Positions 1-11,900 of a stretch of 64,000 nt of DNA are shown here, piece after piece. The notes under the pieces are model-generated. The model was not told the DNA's origin and searched no databases. It saw nothing but the letters and a program-made list of their open reading frames with translations. A program made the translations under genes and the position numbers. The stretch is from Mobula hypostoma. Its lineage: Eukaryota. The first letter of the stretch is position 1. Each line of letters begins with the position of its first letter. Location: positions 99,326,001 through 99,390,000 of the forward strand of contig NC_086107.1 in assembly GCF_963921235.1 (NCBI RefSeq). The letters run 5' to 3'.

Positions 1-69
1 CCAGATCTTTCGGTGTCCAGTAGATACCCCTCTCCTTCGTCCTTCTGAACTCCATCAGGTACTGACCCA

Positions 70-1740
70 GGGGTATCAAGTTCGCGGTTAATATCACTGA
101 CAAATGTAACGAAATCTGTTGGAGTTTTGCACCAGCAGTCCATTGTAATACATAATTTTAAAATATCAATTACAATAGAAATATGTTTTTAAAAAATTAA
201 GTACGTAGTGCAAAAAGAGAGCTTAGAAAGTATTCAGGCAGTGCACACGAGTTCATTGTCCATTTAGAGATCTGATGGGAGCGGAGAAGAAAAGTTCAAG
301 GTACACGTATGTTACCATGTACAACCCTGAGATTCGTTTTATTGCATACACAGTAAATCCAAGAAACACAATCAAATCACTTAAAGACTGCACCAATAAG
401 ATGGCAAACAGTTAATATGCAGAATGTACAAAAAAGAAAATAATAACAAATAAGCAGTAAGTATCGAGAATATATTGAGAAGCTGTTCCTAAAACATTGA
501 GTACATGTCTTCGGGCTCCAATACCTCCTCCTTGATGACAACGACAAGAGAGCATGTCCTGGGGGCCGGGGGTCCTTAATGACGGATGCCATCTTTTTTA
601 AGGCATCACTTTTTTGAAGATGTCCTCGATGCTGGGGAGGCCGGTGCCCATGGTGGGGCTGGCTGAGTTCGCAACTTCCTGCAGCTTTTTCTGATGCTGC
701 GCAGTCACACCTCCAGTTAGAATGCTCCGCCTGTCACATCTGTAGAGATGTCCAAGTCTTCGGTGTCATAGAAAGTCCCCTCAGACTCCCGATGAGATCG
801 AGGCACTGTCGTGCTTTCTTTGTAACTGCGTCAATACTTTGGGCCTAAGATGGAACTTGGGAGATGTTGACACCCAGGAACTTGAAACTGGCCACCCTTT
901 CCACATCTGATCCCTCGAACAGGACTAGTGTGGTCTTGATCTCGGCTTTATTGACATCGAGGGCAAGACTGTTGCTGTGGACCCGCTCAATCAGCTGATC
1001 GACTTCACCCCTGTACGCTTTCTCATCACCATCTGAAATTCTGCCAACAATTAGAAAATTTATAAATGGCCTTTGAGCTGTGCCAAACCACACAGTTGTG
1101 GCTATAGAGAGATTAGAGAAGTGGGTTGACTATGCATCCTTGAGGTGCACTGGTGTTGACGGCCAGTGAGAAGGGGATGTTATTTACGATCTGCCCAGAC
1201 TGTGGTCTCCCAATGAAGAAGGCAAGAGGGAGGTACAGAGGTCTAGGTTTTGGAGCTTTTTGATTAGAACCGAGGGTACGATGGTGTTGAACGCTGAGCT
1301 GTAGTCAACAACAGCAGCCCGACATAAGGATTGCTGTTGTCCAGGTGATCGAAGGCAGAGTGAGGAGCTGGTGAGACTGCATCCGCTGTAGACCTATTAT
1401 AGTGATAGGCAAATTGCAGTGGGTCCAGGTTCTTGCTTAGGCAGGAGTTGAATCTGATGATGACCCACCTCTCAATGCACTTCAGGGTGATGGGCATTGT
1501 GGCATCTCACCCTGCTCTTCTTGGGCGCTGGTATGATTGTTGCACTTTTGAAGCAAGTGGGAACCTCTGGCTGCAGCAGTGAGAGACTGAAGATGTCCTT
1601 GAACACTCCTGCACGTCGGTTGGCACAGGTTTTCAGTCCCCTACCAGATACCTGGCCAGGACCAGACCCCTTGCACAGGTTCACCCCCTCAAAAGATGTT
1701 CTTACGTTGGCCTCTGAGACCGCGATCACAGGGTCAGCAT
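70..1740 (-). mobile_element. Degenerate Rex1/Babar-type LINE (RT fragments plus 3' tail)
   Basis: Minus-strand ORF pieces PTCFKSATIIPAPKK, LDPLQFAYHYNRSTADAV and VERVASFKFLGVNIS are typical Rex1/Babar RT segments, broken by frameshifts. Confidence 0.8.
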
Positions 1741-1889
1741 AAAGCTCTCATCAGCTGTTAAGCCTCTCACTCCAGGAATCATTTGTCCTCTGGACCCTCT
1801 CTGGAGCCAGCACATCTTTCCTGAGATATGGGGGCTCAGGTACCACACTTCTAGAAACTGCCGAATCTGGTGCAGAGGTGGACTGCGGT

Positions 1890-2231
1890 AGAATGCAAAA
1901 ATCTCAGACACACGTAAAAAAAATCTCCAAGATGAAGATGTTTTCAAAAATAATACAAAAGTTTCTAAGTATTAAAAAATTACCATAAAGAGCAGTAAAC
2001 AGTAATAAATTAAATCAAATGAATATTTGGTGTGACCACTCTTTGCCTTTAAAACCACGTCAATTCTCTTAGGTGCACTGTCGTGCAGTTTTACATGAAA
2101 ATCGGCTGGTAGGTTGTTCCAAGCATTTGGAGAACTTGCCACAGTTCTTCTGCAGACTTTGGCTGTCTCACTTGCTTCTGTCTGTCCAGGAAACTTCAGA
2201 CAGCCTCGACGATGTTGAGATCAGGGCTCTG
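1890..2231 (-). mobile_element. Tc1/mariner transposon 3' fragment
   Basis: Reverse complement reads QSPDLNIVEAV*...KSAEELWQVLQ..AWNNLP...KRIDVVLKAKSGHTKY, the Tc1 transposase C-terminus (SPDLNPIE-type motif), with a stop and a frameshift. Confidence 0.8.
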
Positions 2232-2315
2232 CCGAGACCATACGATCTGAAAACATACACAAAATCTATGGCACTGTACGTCACACACAGTTCACAGGCA
2301 CAGAAGTCACCCTTA

Positions 2316-3869
2316 TAGAAACATAGAAACATAGAAAATAGGTGCAGGAGTAGGCCATTCGGCCCTTCGAGCCTGCACCGCCATTTATTATGATCATGGC
2401 TGATCATCCAACTCAGAACCCAGCCTTCCCTCCATACCCCCTGACCCCTGTAGCCACAAGGGCCATATCTAACTTCCTTTTAAACATAGCTAATGAACTG
2501 GCCTCAACAGTTTGCTGTGGCAGAGAATTCCACAGATTCACCACTCTCTGTGTGAAGAAGTTTTTCCTAACCTCGGTCCTAAAAGGCTTCCCCTCTATCC
2601 TCAAACTGTGACCCCTCGTTCTAGACCTCCCCAACATCGGGAACAATCTTCCTGCATCTAGCCTGTCCAATCCCTTTAGGATCTTATACGTTTCAATCAG
2701 ATCCCCCCTCAATCTTCTAAATTCCAACGAGTACAAGCCCAGTTCATCCAGTCTTTCTTCATATGAAAGTCCTGCCATCCCAGGAATCAATCTGGTGAAC
2801 CTTCTTTGTACTCCCTCTATGGCAAAGATGTCTTTCCTCAGATTAGGGGACCAAAACTGCACACAATACTCCAGGTGTGGTCTCACCAAGGCCTTGTACA
2901 ACTGCAGTAGTACCTCCCTGCTCCTGTACTCGAATCCTCTCGCTATAAATGCCAGCATACCGTTCGCCTTTTTCACCGCCTGCTGTACCTGCATGCCCAC
3001 TTTCAATGACTGGTGTATAATGACACCCAGGTCTCGTTGCACCTCCCCTTTTCCTAATCGGCCACCATTCAGATAATAATCTGTTTTCCTATTTTTGCCA
3101 CCAAAGTGGATAACTTCACATTTATCCACATTAAATTGCATCTGCCATGAGTTTGCCCACTCACCCAACCTATCCAAGTCACCCTGCAAACTCTTAGCAT
3201 CCTCCTCACTGCTAACACTGCCACCCAGCTTCGTGTCATCCGCAAACTTGGAGATGCTGCATTTAATTCCCTCATCCAAGTCATTAATATATATTGTAAA
3301 CAACTGGGGTCCCAGCACTGAGCCTTGCGGTACCCCACTAGTCACCGCCTGCCATTCTGAAAAGGTCCCGTTTATTCCCACTCTTTGCTTCCTGTCTGCT
3401 AACCAATTCTCCACCCACACCAATACCTTACCCCCAATACCGTGTGCTTTAAGTTTGCACACTAATCTCCTATGTGGGACCTTGTCAAAAGCCTTTTGAA
3501 AATCCAAATATACCACATCCACTGGTTCTCCCCTATCCACTCTACTAGTTACATCCTCAAAAAATTCTATGAGATTCGTCAGACATGATTTTCCTTTCAC
3601 AAATCCATGCTGACTTTGTCCGATCATTTCACCGCTTTCCAAATGTGCTGTTATCACATCCTTGATAACTGACTCCAGCAGTTTCCCCACCACCGACGTT
3701 AGGCTAACCGGCCTATAATTCCCCGGTTTCTCTCTCCCTCCTTTTTTAAAAAGTGGGGTTACATTAGCCACCCTCCAATCCTCAGGAACTAGTCCAGAAT
3801 CTAACGAGTTTTGAAAAATTATCACTAATGCATCCACTATTTCTTGGGCCACTTCCTTAAGCACTCTGG
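2316..3869 (-). mobile_element. 5'-truncated young CR1 LINE (family A), open partial RT frame
   Basis: ORF 2413-3999 contains NYRPVSLTS, YLDFQKAFDKVPH, GVPQGSVLGP and KFADDTK; (TTTCTATG)n tail at 2316-2340; near-identical to the 3' half of 35873-39048. Confidence 0.95.
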
Positions 3870-4269
3870 GGCCCAATTTAAGTCGAGTCCATGGAAGGAC
3901 GAGAGGTGACAGGTACCCTGCGGGTGGGAGGGGGTTGGATTTGGTGTCTCTCCCTGCCCCATTGTACCTGAGCGGGGTTCGATGGAAGTCATTCTCCACC
4001 CCTTAGCTGGTGCTGGGGAAGGAAACCTGACCCCAGATTAGGGAGCAAACATGGCTCTACGACCTTTGACCTGCTGGAAAATGAAATGGTTTAGGGCAGA
4101 TGGAAGATTGATGGTCAACATTGACTTGGCGGGCCGAAAGGCCTACATTCTCTATCCCTCTCTGACTCTATGAGATGGTCTTAGTTGGGATATTCCCTCA
4201 AGTTAGACACAAGTTGGGACAATATTTTCCAGATTTATGAAACACTGGTAAAACATACATATACTGTAA

Positions 4270-4757
4270 TGTTAAAGGGCTTGGATGCTGGGGTGAAGGT
4301 ACGTCTCTACCAAAGGAGGTGTGAGGTGCTCCTTCCCTCCGCTAGCCTGCAGGTCACCCCAATCGGGGTCACGTGAAGCCGTGGGAGCAGGTGGTGGACA
4401 GTCGTATGAGCAGCTGGTGCGTATCACAAGTCCTAGTTATGAAACCACTGATGCCAGGCAGACAATCTCTGAAGAGTTTTGATAATGGCAGGGGCCACCT
4501 GTCTGGTAAAGACACTGGCCAGATAAAGGCAATGGCAAACCACTTCTGTAGGAAAAAAACTGCCAAGGACAATTATGGTCAAGACCATGCTTGCCCACGG
4601 CACATAATGATGATGTCATACGACTTGTCCACGTCATACAACATGGCACATAATGATGTCATACGACTCGTCCACATCATACAACACAGCACATAATGAT
4701 GTCATACAACACAGCACATAATGATGTCATACGACACGGCACATAGTGATGATGATA
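4270..4757 (+). mobile_element. Non-autonomous RTE-related retroposon with tandemly re-iterated 3' end
   Basis: Contains AAGGCAATGGCAAACCAC (resembles BovB/RTE-derived SINE segments); the 3' motif GTCATACGACACGGCACATAATGAT recurs several times at 4598-4757. Confidence 0.5.
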
Positions 4758-4949
4758 ACTGTAAAGGGCAGGACCCTGAGGAACTGATGAACAGAGGGAT
4801 CTTGAGGTAGAAGTGAACAAGGTGGTAGAGAAGCAATACACACAAAATGCTGGAGGAACTCAGCAAGTCAGGTAGCATCCATGAAAATGAATAAACAGTC
4901 GACATTTCGAGCTGAGATCCTTCTTCAGGCTGCATAATACTTTGCTTAG

Positions 4950-5845
4950 ACCATAAGATATAGGTGTAGAATCAGGCCATTTGGCCCATTGAGTCTGCTC
5001 TGTTATCTCATCTTGGCTGATCCATTTTTCCTCTCAGCCCCAATCTCCTCCGTTCTCTTCGTATCCCTTCACGCCCTGACCATCAAGAACCTATCAACCA
5101 CTGCCTTAAATATACATAAAGATTTGGCCTCCACAACCGCCCGTGGCAAAGAATTCCACAGATTCACCACTCTCTGGCTAAAGATTTTGCTCCTTGTCTC
5201 CATGCTAAAAGCACATCCCTCCATTCTGAGGCTGTCCTCTGGCCTTAGGCCCTCCCACCATAGGAAACATCCTCTCCACATCCACTCTGTCAAGGGCTTT
5301 CAGCGTTCGATAGGTTCAGGCCACACCTGGATTACTGCCTACAGTTCTGGTCACTGCATTACAGGAGGGATGTGGAGTACTTGGAGAGGGTGCAGCAGGG
5401 CCTCTCTCGGACGCTGTCCGAATTGAGAATGTTAACAAAACGGAGAGATCAGCCATCCCTGGCTTGCCTTTCTCCAGAGTGCAGGAGGCTGAGGGGTCGA
5501 CCTGATAGAAGTTTGCACAATTATGAGAGGCGTAGATATAGACGAGGGGCACCCAACCTTTTTATTGCCTTGGACCAATGCCATTAAGCAAGGGATCCAC
5601 ATACCCCAGGTCGGGAACTCTTGGGGTAGACAGTCAGAGTCTTTTTTATCGCAAGGTGCTGATATCAAATAATAGAGGGCTTAGCTTTGAGCTGGGAGTG
5701 GGGGGGGGGTTAAAGTTCTGTTTTACACAGAGTGGGAGGTGCATGGAACACACACATGGGTGGTCGTGGAACCCATGTAATGGTGATGTTTAAGACATAT
5801 TTAGGCAGGCACACAGACAGTCTGAGAGTGGAGGGACATGGACTG
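4950..5845. mobile_element. Old CR1 3' fragments in both orientations
   Basis: FSQRVVNLWNSLP-type C-terminal ORF2 peptide on - (5069-5293) and further decayed CR1 sequence on +. Confidence 0.75.
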
Positions 5846-5871
5846 TTGTCCCAACTCTCTAAATTTTCCTG

Positions 5872-8650
5872 ACTCTTCCAGACTCTCTGTCTCTCCCCAT
5901 CTCTCCCCGACTCTCCCCGTCTCTCCCCATCTCTCTCCTGACTCTCTCTGTCTCTCCCGTCTCTCCCTGACTCTCCCCATCTCTCCCTGACTCTCCCTGA
6001 CTCTCCCTGTCTCTCCCCATCTCTCCCCATCTCTCCCCGTTTCTCCCCATTTCTCCCCATCTCTCCCTGACTCTCCCCATCTCTCCCCATCTCTCCCTGA
6101 CTCTCTCTGTCTCTCCCCATCTCTCCTTGACTCTCTCTGTCTCTCCCCATCTCTCCCTGACTCTCCCTGTCTCTCCTCACCTCTCCCCGTCTCTCCCTGA
6201 CTCTGTCTGACTCTCCCATCTCTCCCCGTCTCTCCCCATCTCTCCCCGTCTCTCCACATTTCTTCCGACTCTCCCTGACTCTCTCTGTCTCTCCCCATCT
6301 CTCTCTGACTCTCCCCATCTCTCTCTGACTCTCCCCATCTCTCTCTGTCTCTCCTGATTCTCTCTGTCTCTCCCCATCTCTCCCTGACTCTCCCCGTCTC
6401 TCCCCATCTCCCCCCGACTCTCCCCATCTCTCCCCATCTCTCCCTGACTCTCCCCGTCTCTCCCCATCTCTCCCCATCTCTCCCTGACTCTCCCCAACTT
6501 TCCCTGACTCTCTCCGTCTCTCCCCATCTCTCTCTGACTCTCCCCATCTCTCCCGACTCTCCCTGACTCTCCCCATCTCTCCCTGACTCTCCCTGTCTCT
6601 CCCCATCTCTCCCCATCTCCCCCTGACTCTCCCCATCTCTCCCCATCTCTCCCTGACTCTCCCCAACTCTCCCTGACACTCTCCGTCTCTCCCCATCTCT
6701 CTCTGACTCTCCCCATCTCTCCCGACTCTCCCTGACTCTCCCCATCTCTCCCCATCTCTCCCTGACTCTCCCTGTCTCTCCTCATCTCTCCCTGACTCTC
6801 CCTGTCTCTCCCCATCTCTCCCTGACTCTCCCCATCTCTCCCCATCACTCCCTGACTCTCCTCGTCTCTCCCCATCTCTCCCCATCTCTCCCTGACTCTC
6901 CCCAACTCTCCCTGACTCCCTCTGTCTCTCACCATCTCTCTCTGACTCTCCCCATCTCTCCCAACTCTCCCCATCTCTCCCCATCTCTCCCCATCTCTCC
7001 CTGACTCTCCCTGTCTCTCCCTGACTCTCCCCAACTCTCCCTGACTCTATCTGCTTCTCCCCATCTCTCCCTGACTCTCCCCATCTCTCCCCATCTCTCC
7101 CGACTCTCCCCATCTCTCCCTGACTCTCCCCGTCTCTCCCCACCTCTCCCCGTCTCTCCCTGACTCTCCCCAACTCTCCCTGACTCTATCTGACTCTCCC
7201 CATCTCTCCCTGACTCTCCCTGTCTCTCCCCATCTCTCCGCGTCTCTCCCTGACTCTTCCCAACTCTCCCTGACTCTGTCTGACTCTCCCATCTCTCCCC
7301 GTTTCTCCCCATCTCTCCCTGTCTCTCCCCATTTCTTCCGACTCTCCCTGAATCTCTCTGTCTCTCCCCATCTCTCTCTGACTCTCCCCATCTCTCTCTG
7401 ACTCTCCCCATCTCTCCCTGACTCTCTCTGTCTCTCCCCGTCTCTTCCTGTCTCTCCCTGACTCTCCCCATCTCTCTCTGTCTCTCCCAACTCTCTCTGT
7501 ATCTCCCCATCTCTCCCTGACTCTGTCTGTCTCTCCCCATCTCTCCACATCTCTCCCTGACTCTCTCTCTCTCTCCCGACTCTCCCCGTCTCTCCCCATC
7601 TCTCCCAACTCTCCCCGTCTCTCCCCACCTCTCTCGACTCTCCCCATCTCTCTCTGTCTCTCCCAACTCTCTCTGTATCTCCCCATCTCTCCCTGACTCT
7701 GTCTGTCTCTCCCCATCTCTCCACATCTCTCCCTGACTCTCTCTCTCTCTCCCGACTCTCCCCGTCTCTCCCCATCTCTCCCAACTCTCCCCGTCTCTCC
7801 CCACCTCTCTCGACTCTCCCCATCTCTCCCCGTCTCTCCCCAACTCTCCCCATCTCTCCCCGTCTCTCCCCATCTCTCCCGACTCTCCCCGACTCTCCCC
7901 ATCTCTCCTCATCTCTCCCTGACTCTCCCTGTCTCTCCCCATCTCTCTCTGACTCTCCCCATCTCTCCTGACTCTCCCATCTCTCCCCGTCTCTCCCCAT
8001 CTCTCCCTGACTCTCCCCATCTCTCCCCATCTCTCTCTGACTCTCCCCATCTCTCCTGACTCTCCCCATCTCTCTCTGACTCTCCCCATCTCTCCTGACT
8101 CTCCCTGTCTCTCCCCATCTCTCCCTGACTCTCCCCATCTCTCCCTGTCTCTCCCCGTCTCTCCCCATCTCTCTCTGATTCTCCCCATCTCTCCTGACTC
8201 TCCCCATCTCTCCCCATCTCTCTCTGACTCTCCCCATCTCTCCTGACTCTCCCCATCTCTCCTGACTCTCCCTGTCTCTCCCCATCTCTCCCTGACTCTC
8301 CCTGTCTCTCCCCATCTCTCCCTGACTCTCCCCATCTCTCCCCATCTCTCCCCGTCTCTCCCTGACTCTCCCCAACCCTCCCTGACTCTGTCTGACTCTC
8401 CCCATCTCTCCCGACTCTCCCTATCTCTCCCCATCTCTCCCTGACTCTCCCTGTCTCTCCCCATCTCTCCCCGTCTCTCCCTGACTCTCCCCAACTCTCC
8501 CTGACTCTATCTGACTCTCCCCCTCTCCCTGACTCTCCCTGTCTCTCCCTGACTCTTTCTGACTCTCCTCGACTTTCTGATTCCCTCCGACTCTCTCCAA
8601 CTGTTTCTGACTTCCCCATCCCCCCCCAACCCTCGACTCTTTCTGACTCT
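5872..8650. repeat. ~2.8 kb polypyrimidine satellite of ~10-bp units (CTCTCCCCAT / CTCTCCCTGA)
   Basis: Directly visible; contains higher-order duplications (e.g. a ~175-bp block repeated around 7480-7820); ends ~15 nt before the Ig exon acceptor. Confidence 0.97.
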
Positions 8651-8667
8651 ATGTTTGGACGTTACAG

Positions 8668-8994
8668 GTCAGACACAACTGACTTGCAAAATCAACCAGA
8701 AACAGCTGATCACTGTCGCGGTGGTGAATGAAGAGGTGAGCTTCCAGTATGGGTATAAATGTGAAAGCACCAACAAATCAGCACCCCTGACAAAGGCCAT
8801 CTCTGTCACCATGCTGCTCTACAAGGATACGTCCTCCAACATTCTGCAAAGTTCCAAGGACTCTGTTCCTCTGACAGCAATTAAGGAATGGAATCTGACT
8901 GTGAAGGGCACAAACTACAGTGGGATGTACTACTGTGCCATGAAAATCCAGTCCACACACTTCCAAGGGACAGGGACCTTATTATACGTGGTGG
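8668..8994 (+). CDS. NFAM1: Ig V-type domain exon of the NFAM1-like gene
   Basis: gttacag|GT...GTG GTG G|gtaagt; peptide QLTCKINQKQLITVAVVNEEVSF...NYSGMYYCAMK...FQGTGTLLYVV with F-strand YYC, J-like GxGT and three N-glycosylation sequons (NKS, NLT, NYS). Confidence 0.9.
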
Positions 8995-11900
8995 GTAAGT
9001 ACTGGCCCTTGGGCAGAGAGAAGCAATGAAGAAATGGACCATGTGTTCAATGAATTCCCAAGAAGTGGCAGAGGTAGAAATGAACTGAAAAGCATAGAAA
9101 TTACAGAGGTTGCAAAAGCTGTCAAGGATGGGGGATTGTAATTATCACCATGTAAACCAGATTAGTAATAGTGTTATATACAGAGAGAGTGAAGAGCTTC
9201 TAAAATGTGTCTAGGATGGTTTCCTGGAACAGTATGTTTCTGATCCAACAAAGAAGCAGGCATTGACAAAAAACACAAGGAACCACAGGTGAAGAAATCT
9301 GGAGCAACACAAAAGGAGCTAGAGGAACTCAGTGGACTAGGCAGCATCTGTGGAGGGAAATGGACTGTTGATGTTTCGGCTCCAGGCCATCCTGGTTCTG
9401 GGGAGGGAGATTCTTCAAGGGGAGCACTTAGGCAAGAGTGATCATAAAAAAAAGGTAAAAATAATTAGTTTTAATTGGAGTAGTCCTAGAGCCTAGTATA
9501 ACTGGGACCAAAGGTTGACAGGTCAAACTGTAACAGAACAAGGATGCTGTTTAAGGAAGAGGTGTTTCCGGTACAGTCAGAACACATTCCCTTGAGTGGC
9601 AAAGGAAGGACAAGCAAGCCCGGGCTCCCTAGATGATGAAAGAGATGACGAGGAAAATAAAGCATCTAACGAGTGCTTACAACATGAGTAGGGTTGCAAG
9701 TACTCATGAGAACCAGGCTGACTGTTGAGGAAGGATATTCTTGCTATTGAGGGAGTGCAGCGTAGGTTCACAAGGTTAATTCCCGGGATGGCGGAACTGT
9801 CATATGTCGAAAGATTGGAGCGACTGGGCTTGTATACTCTGGAATTTAGAAGGCTGAGAGGGGATCTTATTGAAACATATAAGGTTATTAAGGGATTGGA
9901 CGTGCTGGAGGCAGGAAGCATGTTCCTGCTGATGGGTGAGTCCAGAACCAGAGGCCACAGTTTAAAAATAAGGGGTAAGCCATTTAGAACGGAGCCGAGG
10001 AAAAACTTTTTCACCCAGAGAGTAGTAGATATATGGAATGCTCTGCCCCAGAAGGCTGTGGAGGCCAAGTCTCTGGATGCTTTCAAGAAAGAGATGGATA
10101 GAGCTCTTAAAGATAGCGGAATCAAAGGTTACGGGGATAAGGCAGGAACTGGATACTGATTGTGGATGATCAGCCATGATCACAGTGAATGGTGGTGCTG
10201 GCTCGAAGGGCCAAATGGCCTACTCCTGCACCTATTGTCTATTGTCAAAGACAATCCAAGGGACATGAAGACTAAAACAAGAGGGATTAGAGGAGGAATT
10301 GAGAAAAGATCAGCAGCCAAAAGAAATAAGAATCTATAAGTGTTCTATTTGCATTTAACTAGAAAAGAGTAGAATATGGAGAAGGGGGGCCCATTAAATA
10401 GAGATTTGTAGGTGGATGTCAAGGACAGCGTTAAATGAGTACTTCACCAGGGTGGAGATTGCTACCATACTAGTGGTGATGAAGGAGTGTCATGTGACCA
10501 ACAACAATGAATATAGAATTGAGTCAGGTTTTAAAAACAAACATAAACATTTATTAAACTCTGCTGAACAATAGCGAAAAGTATTCAAACAACTAACTTA
10601 ACCAGAAGTTATCTGCTGTACGGCAACTCTGGAACAGTTCTTAAAGTGGTAAATTCGAACACAGTCTTAAAATGTTAAATTCAAAAGTCCAAGTGATTTA
10701 CACAGTCAATAAGGAGAGACTTCTCTTGGAACGGATTTCTTCGAAGACGTGACGTTACTGCTGATTCTGTCCAAAGGATTCACAACGAAGGGAAAAAAAC
10801 GGCTTAAAGGATCTGACCCTTTCCTGGCGAATGAACACTGCACAAACCTTCCTGATCTTACAGGAGTTATCTCAGATGTAGGTCACTATTTCTGAACGAG
10901 ACTCAATAAGGTCGATCCTTTATGAAACCACCAATTGACACCAACTTTACTCAATCCTTCAAGTTCCCGTACTGTAGTAGGTTCTTCACTCTCCAATACT
11001 AGATTTACAATAGAAAGTTAAACTGCACTTTAAAATGAAACTGCATCACGAGACGAATATGCAGCATGACAGAGTAACTGACGAATTAAACAATGAATCA
11101 ACTGCATAACAACAGAGGTTTCCAGTTATGTACCTGTTGAGAACATATCACCACATGACCTCACACTGGCAGGAAAATTACATCACCCCACCATCACAAG
11201 ACCATCACATCATGCTCACAAGATACTCAATTACATCATGGCCATAAGACAGTCACAAGATACCCACGAGGTATGTAACAGGAGATAGGTGAGACACTGG
11301 GTATGCTAAATATTGGTGGCATAAAAGAATTAGAAAGATTGGCTAAATTTAAAGCGAGTGAATCGGCAGGACTGTGGGGGAGGTATCCTGCGCTTCTAAG
11401 GGAAGTGTACTGGCCATAGTCTTTCAGTGCTCATCAGTAATGGAAATAGTGTCAGAGAATCGAAGTAGCTGGAATGTTGCTCGTTATTCAAAAACAAGAG
11501 TAAAGATTTGTTCAGTAGTCAGTAAACTGCAGATGCTTCAAAGTGGACCACACAACAAGTGCTAGGGGAAGACCACAAGATATAGGAGCAGAATTAGGCT
11601 ATTCGGCCAGCTGAGTCTGGTCCACCATTCCGTCATGGCTGATTTATTAGCCCTCTCAACCCCATTCGCCTGTCTTCTCCCCGTAATTATTTCATAATTT
11701 ACTGGCATAATTTATATATTACTATTTAACTATTTATGGTTCTATTACTATTTATTATTCATGGTGCAACTGTAACGAAAACCAATTTCCCCCAGGATCA
11801 ATAAAGTATGACTATGACTATGACTATGTAACTTTTTACTCACCAAGAACCTACCAAGCTCCACTTTAAATATAACCAATGACTTGGCTTCCACAGCCAT

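Noticed and set aside
1..64. CAG|GTACTG donor as the missing signal-peptide exon
   Set aside because: The frame required for a phase-1 junction contains TGA at 46-48; the leader exon is probably outside the window or unrecognised.
5710..8619. Long minus-strand G/E/R-rich ORFs (up to 521 aa)
   Set aside because: Open in all three frames because the 10-bp satellite lacks stop codons; not protein-coding.
8668..9060. Rearranging Ig/TCR V segment
   Set aside because: No heptamer-nonamer RSS after YYC, the J-like strand is contiguous, and no constant domain exon lies before the TM exon.
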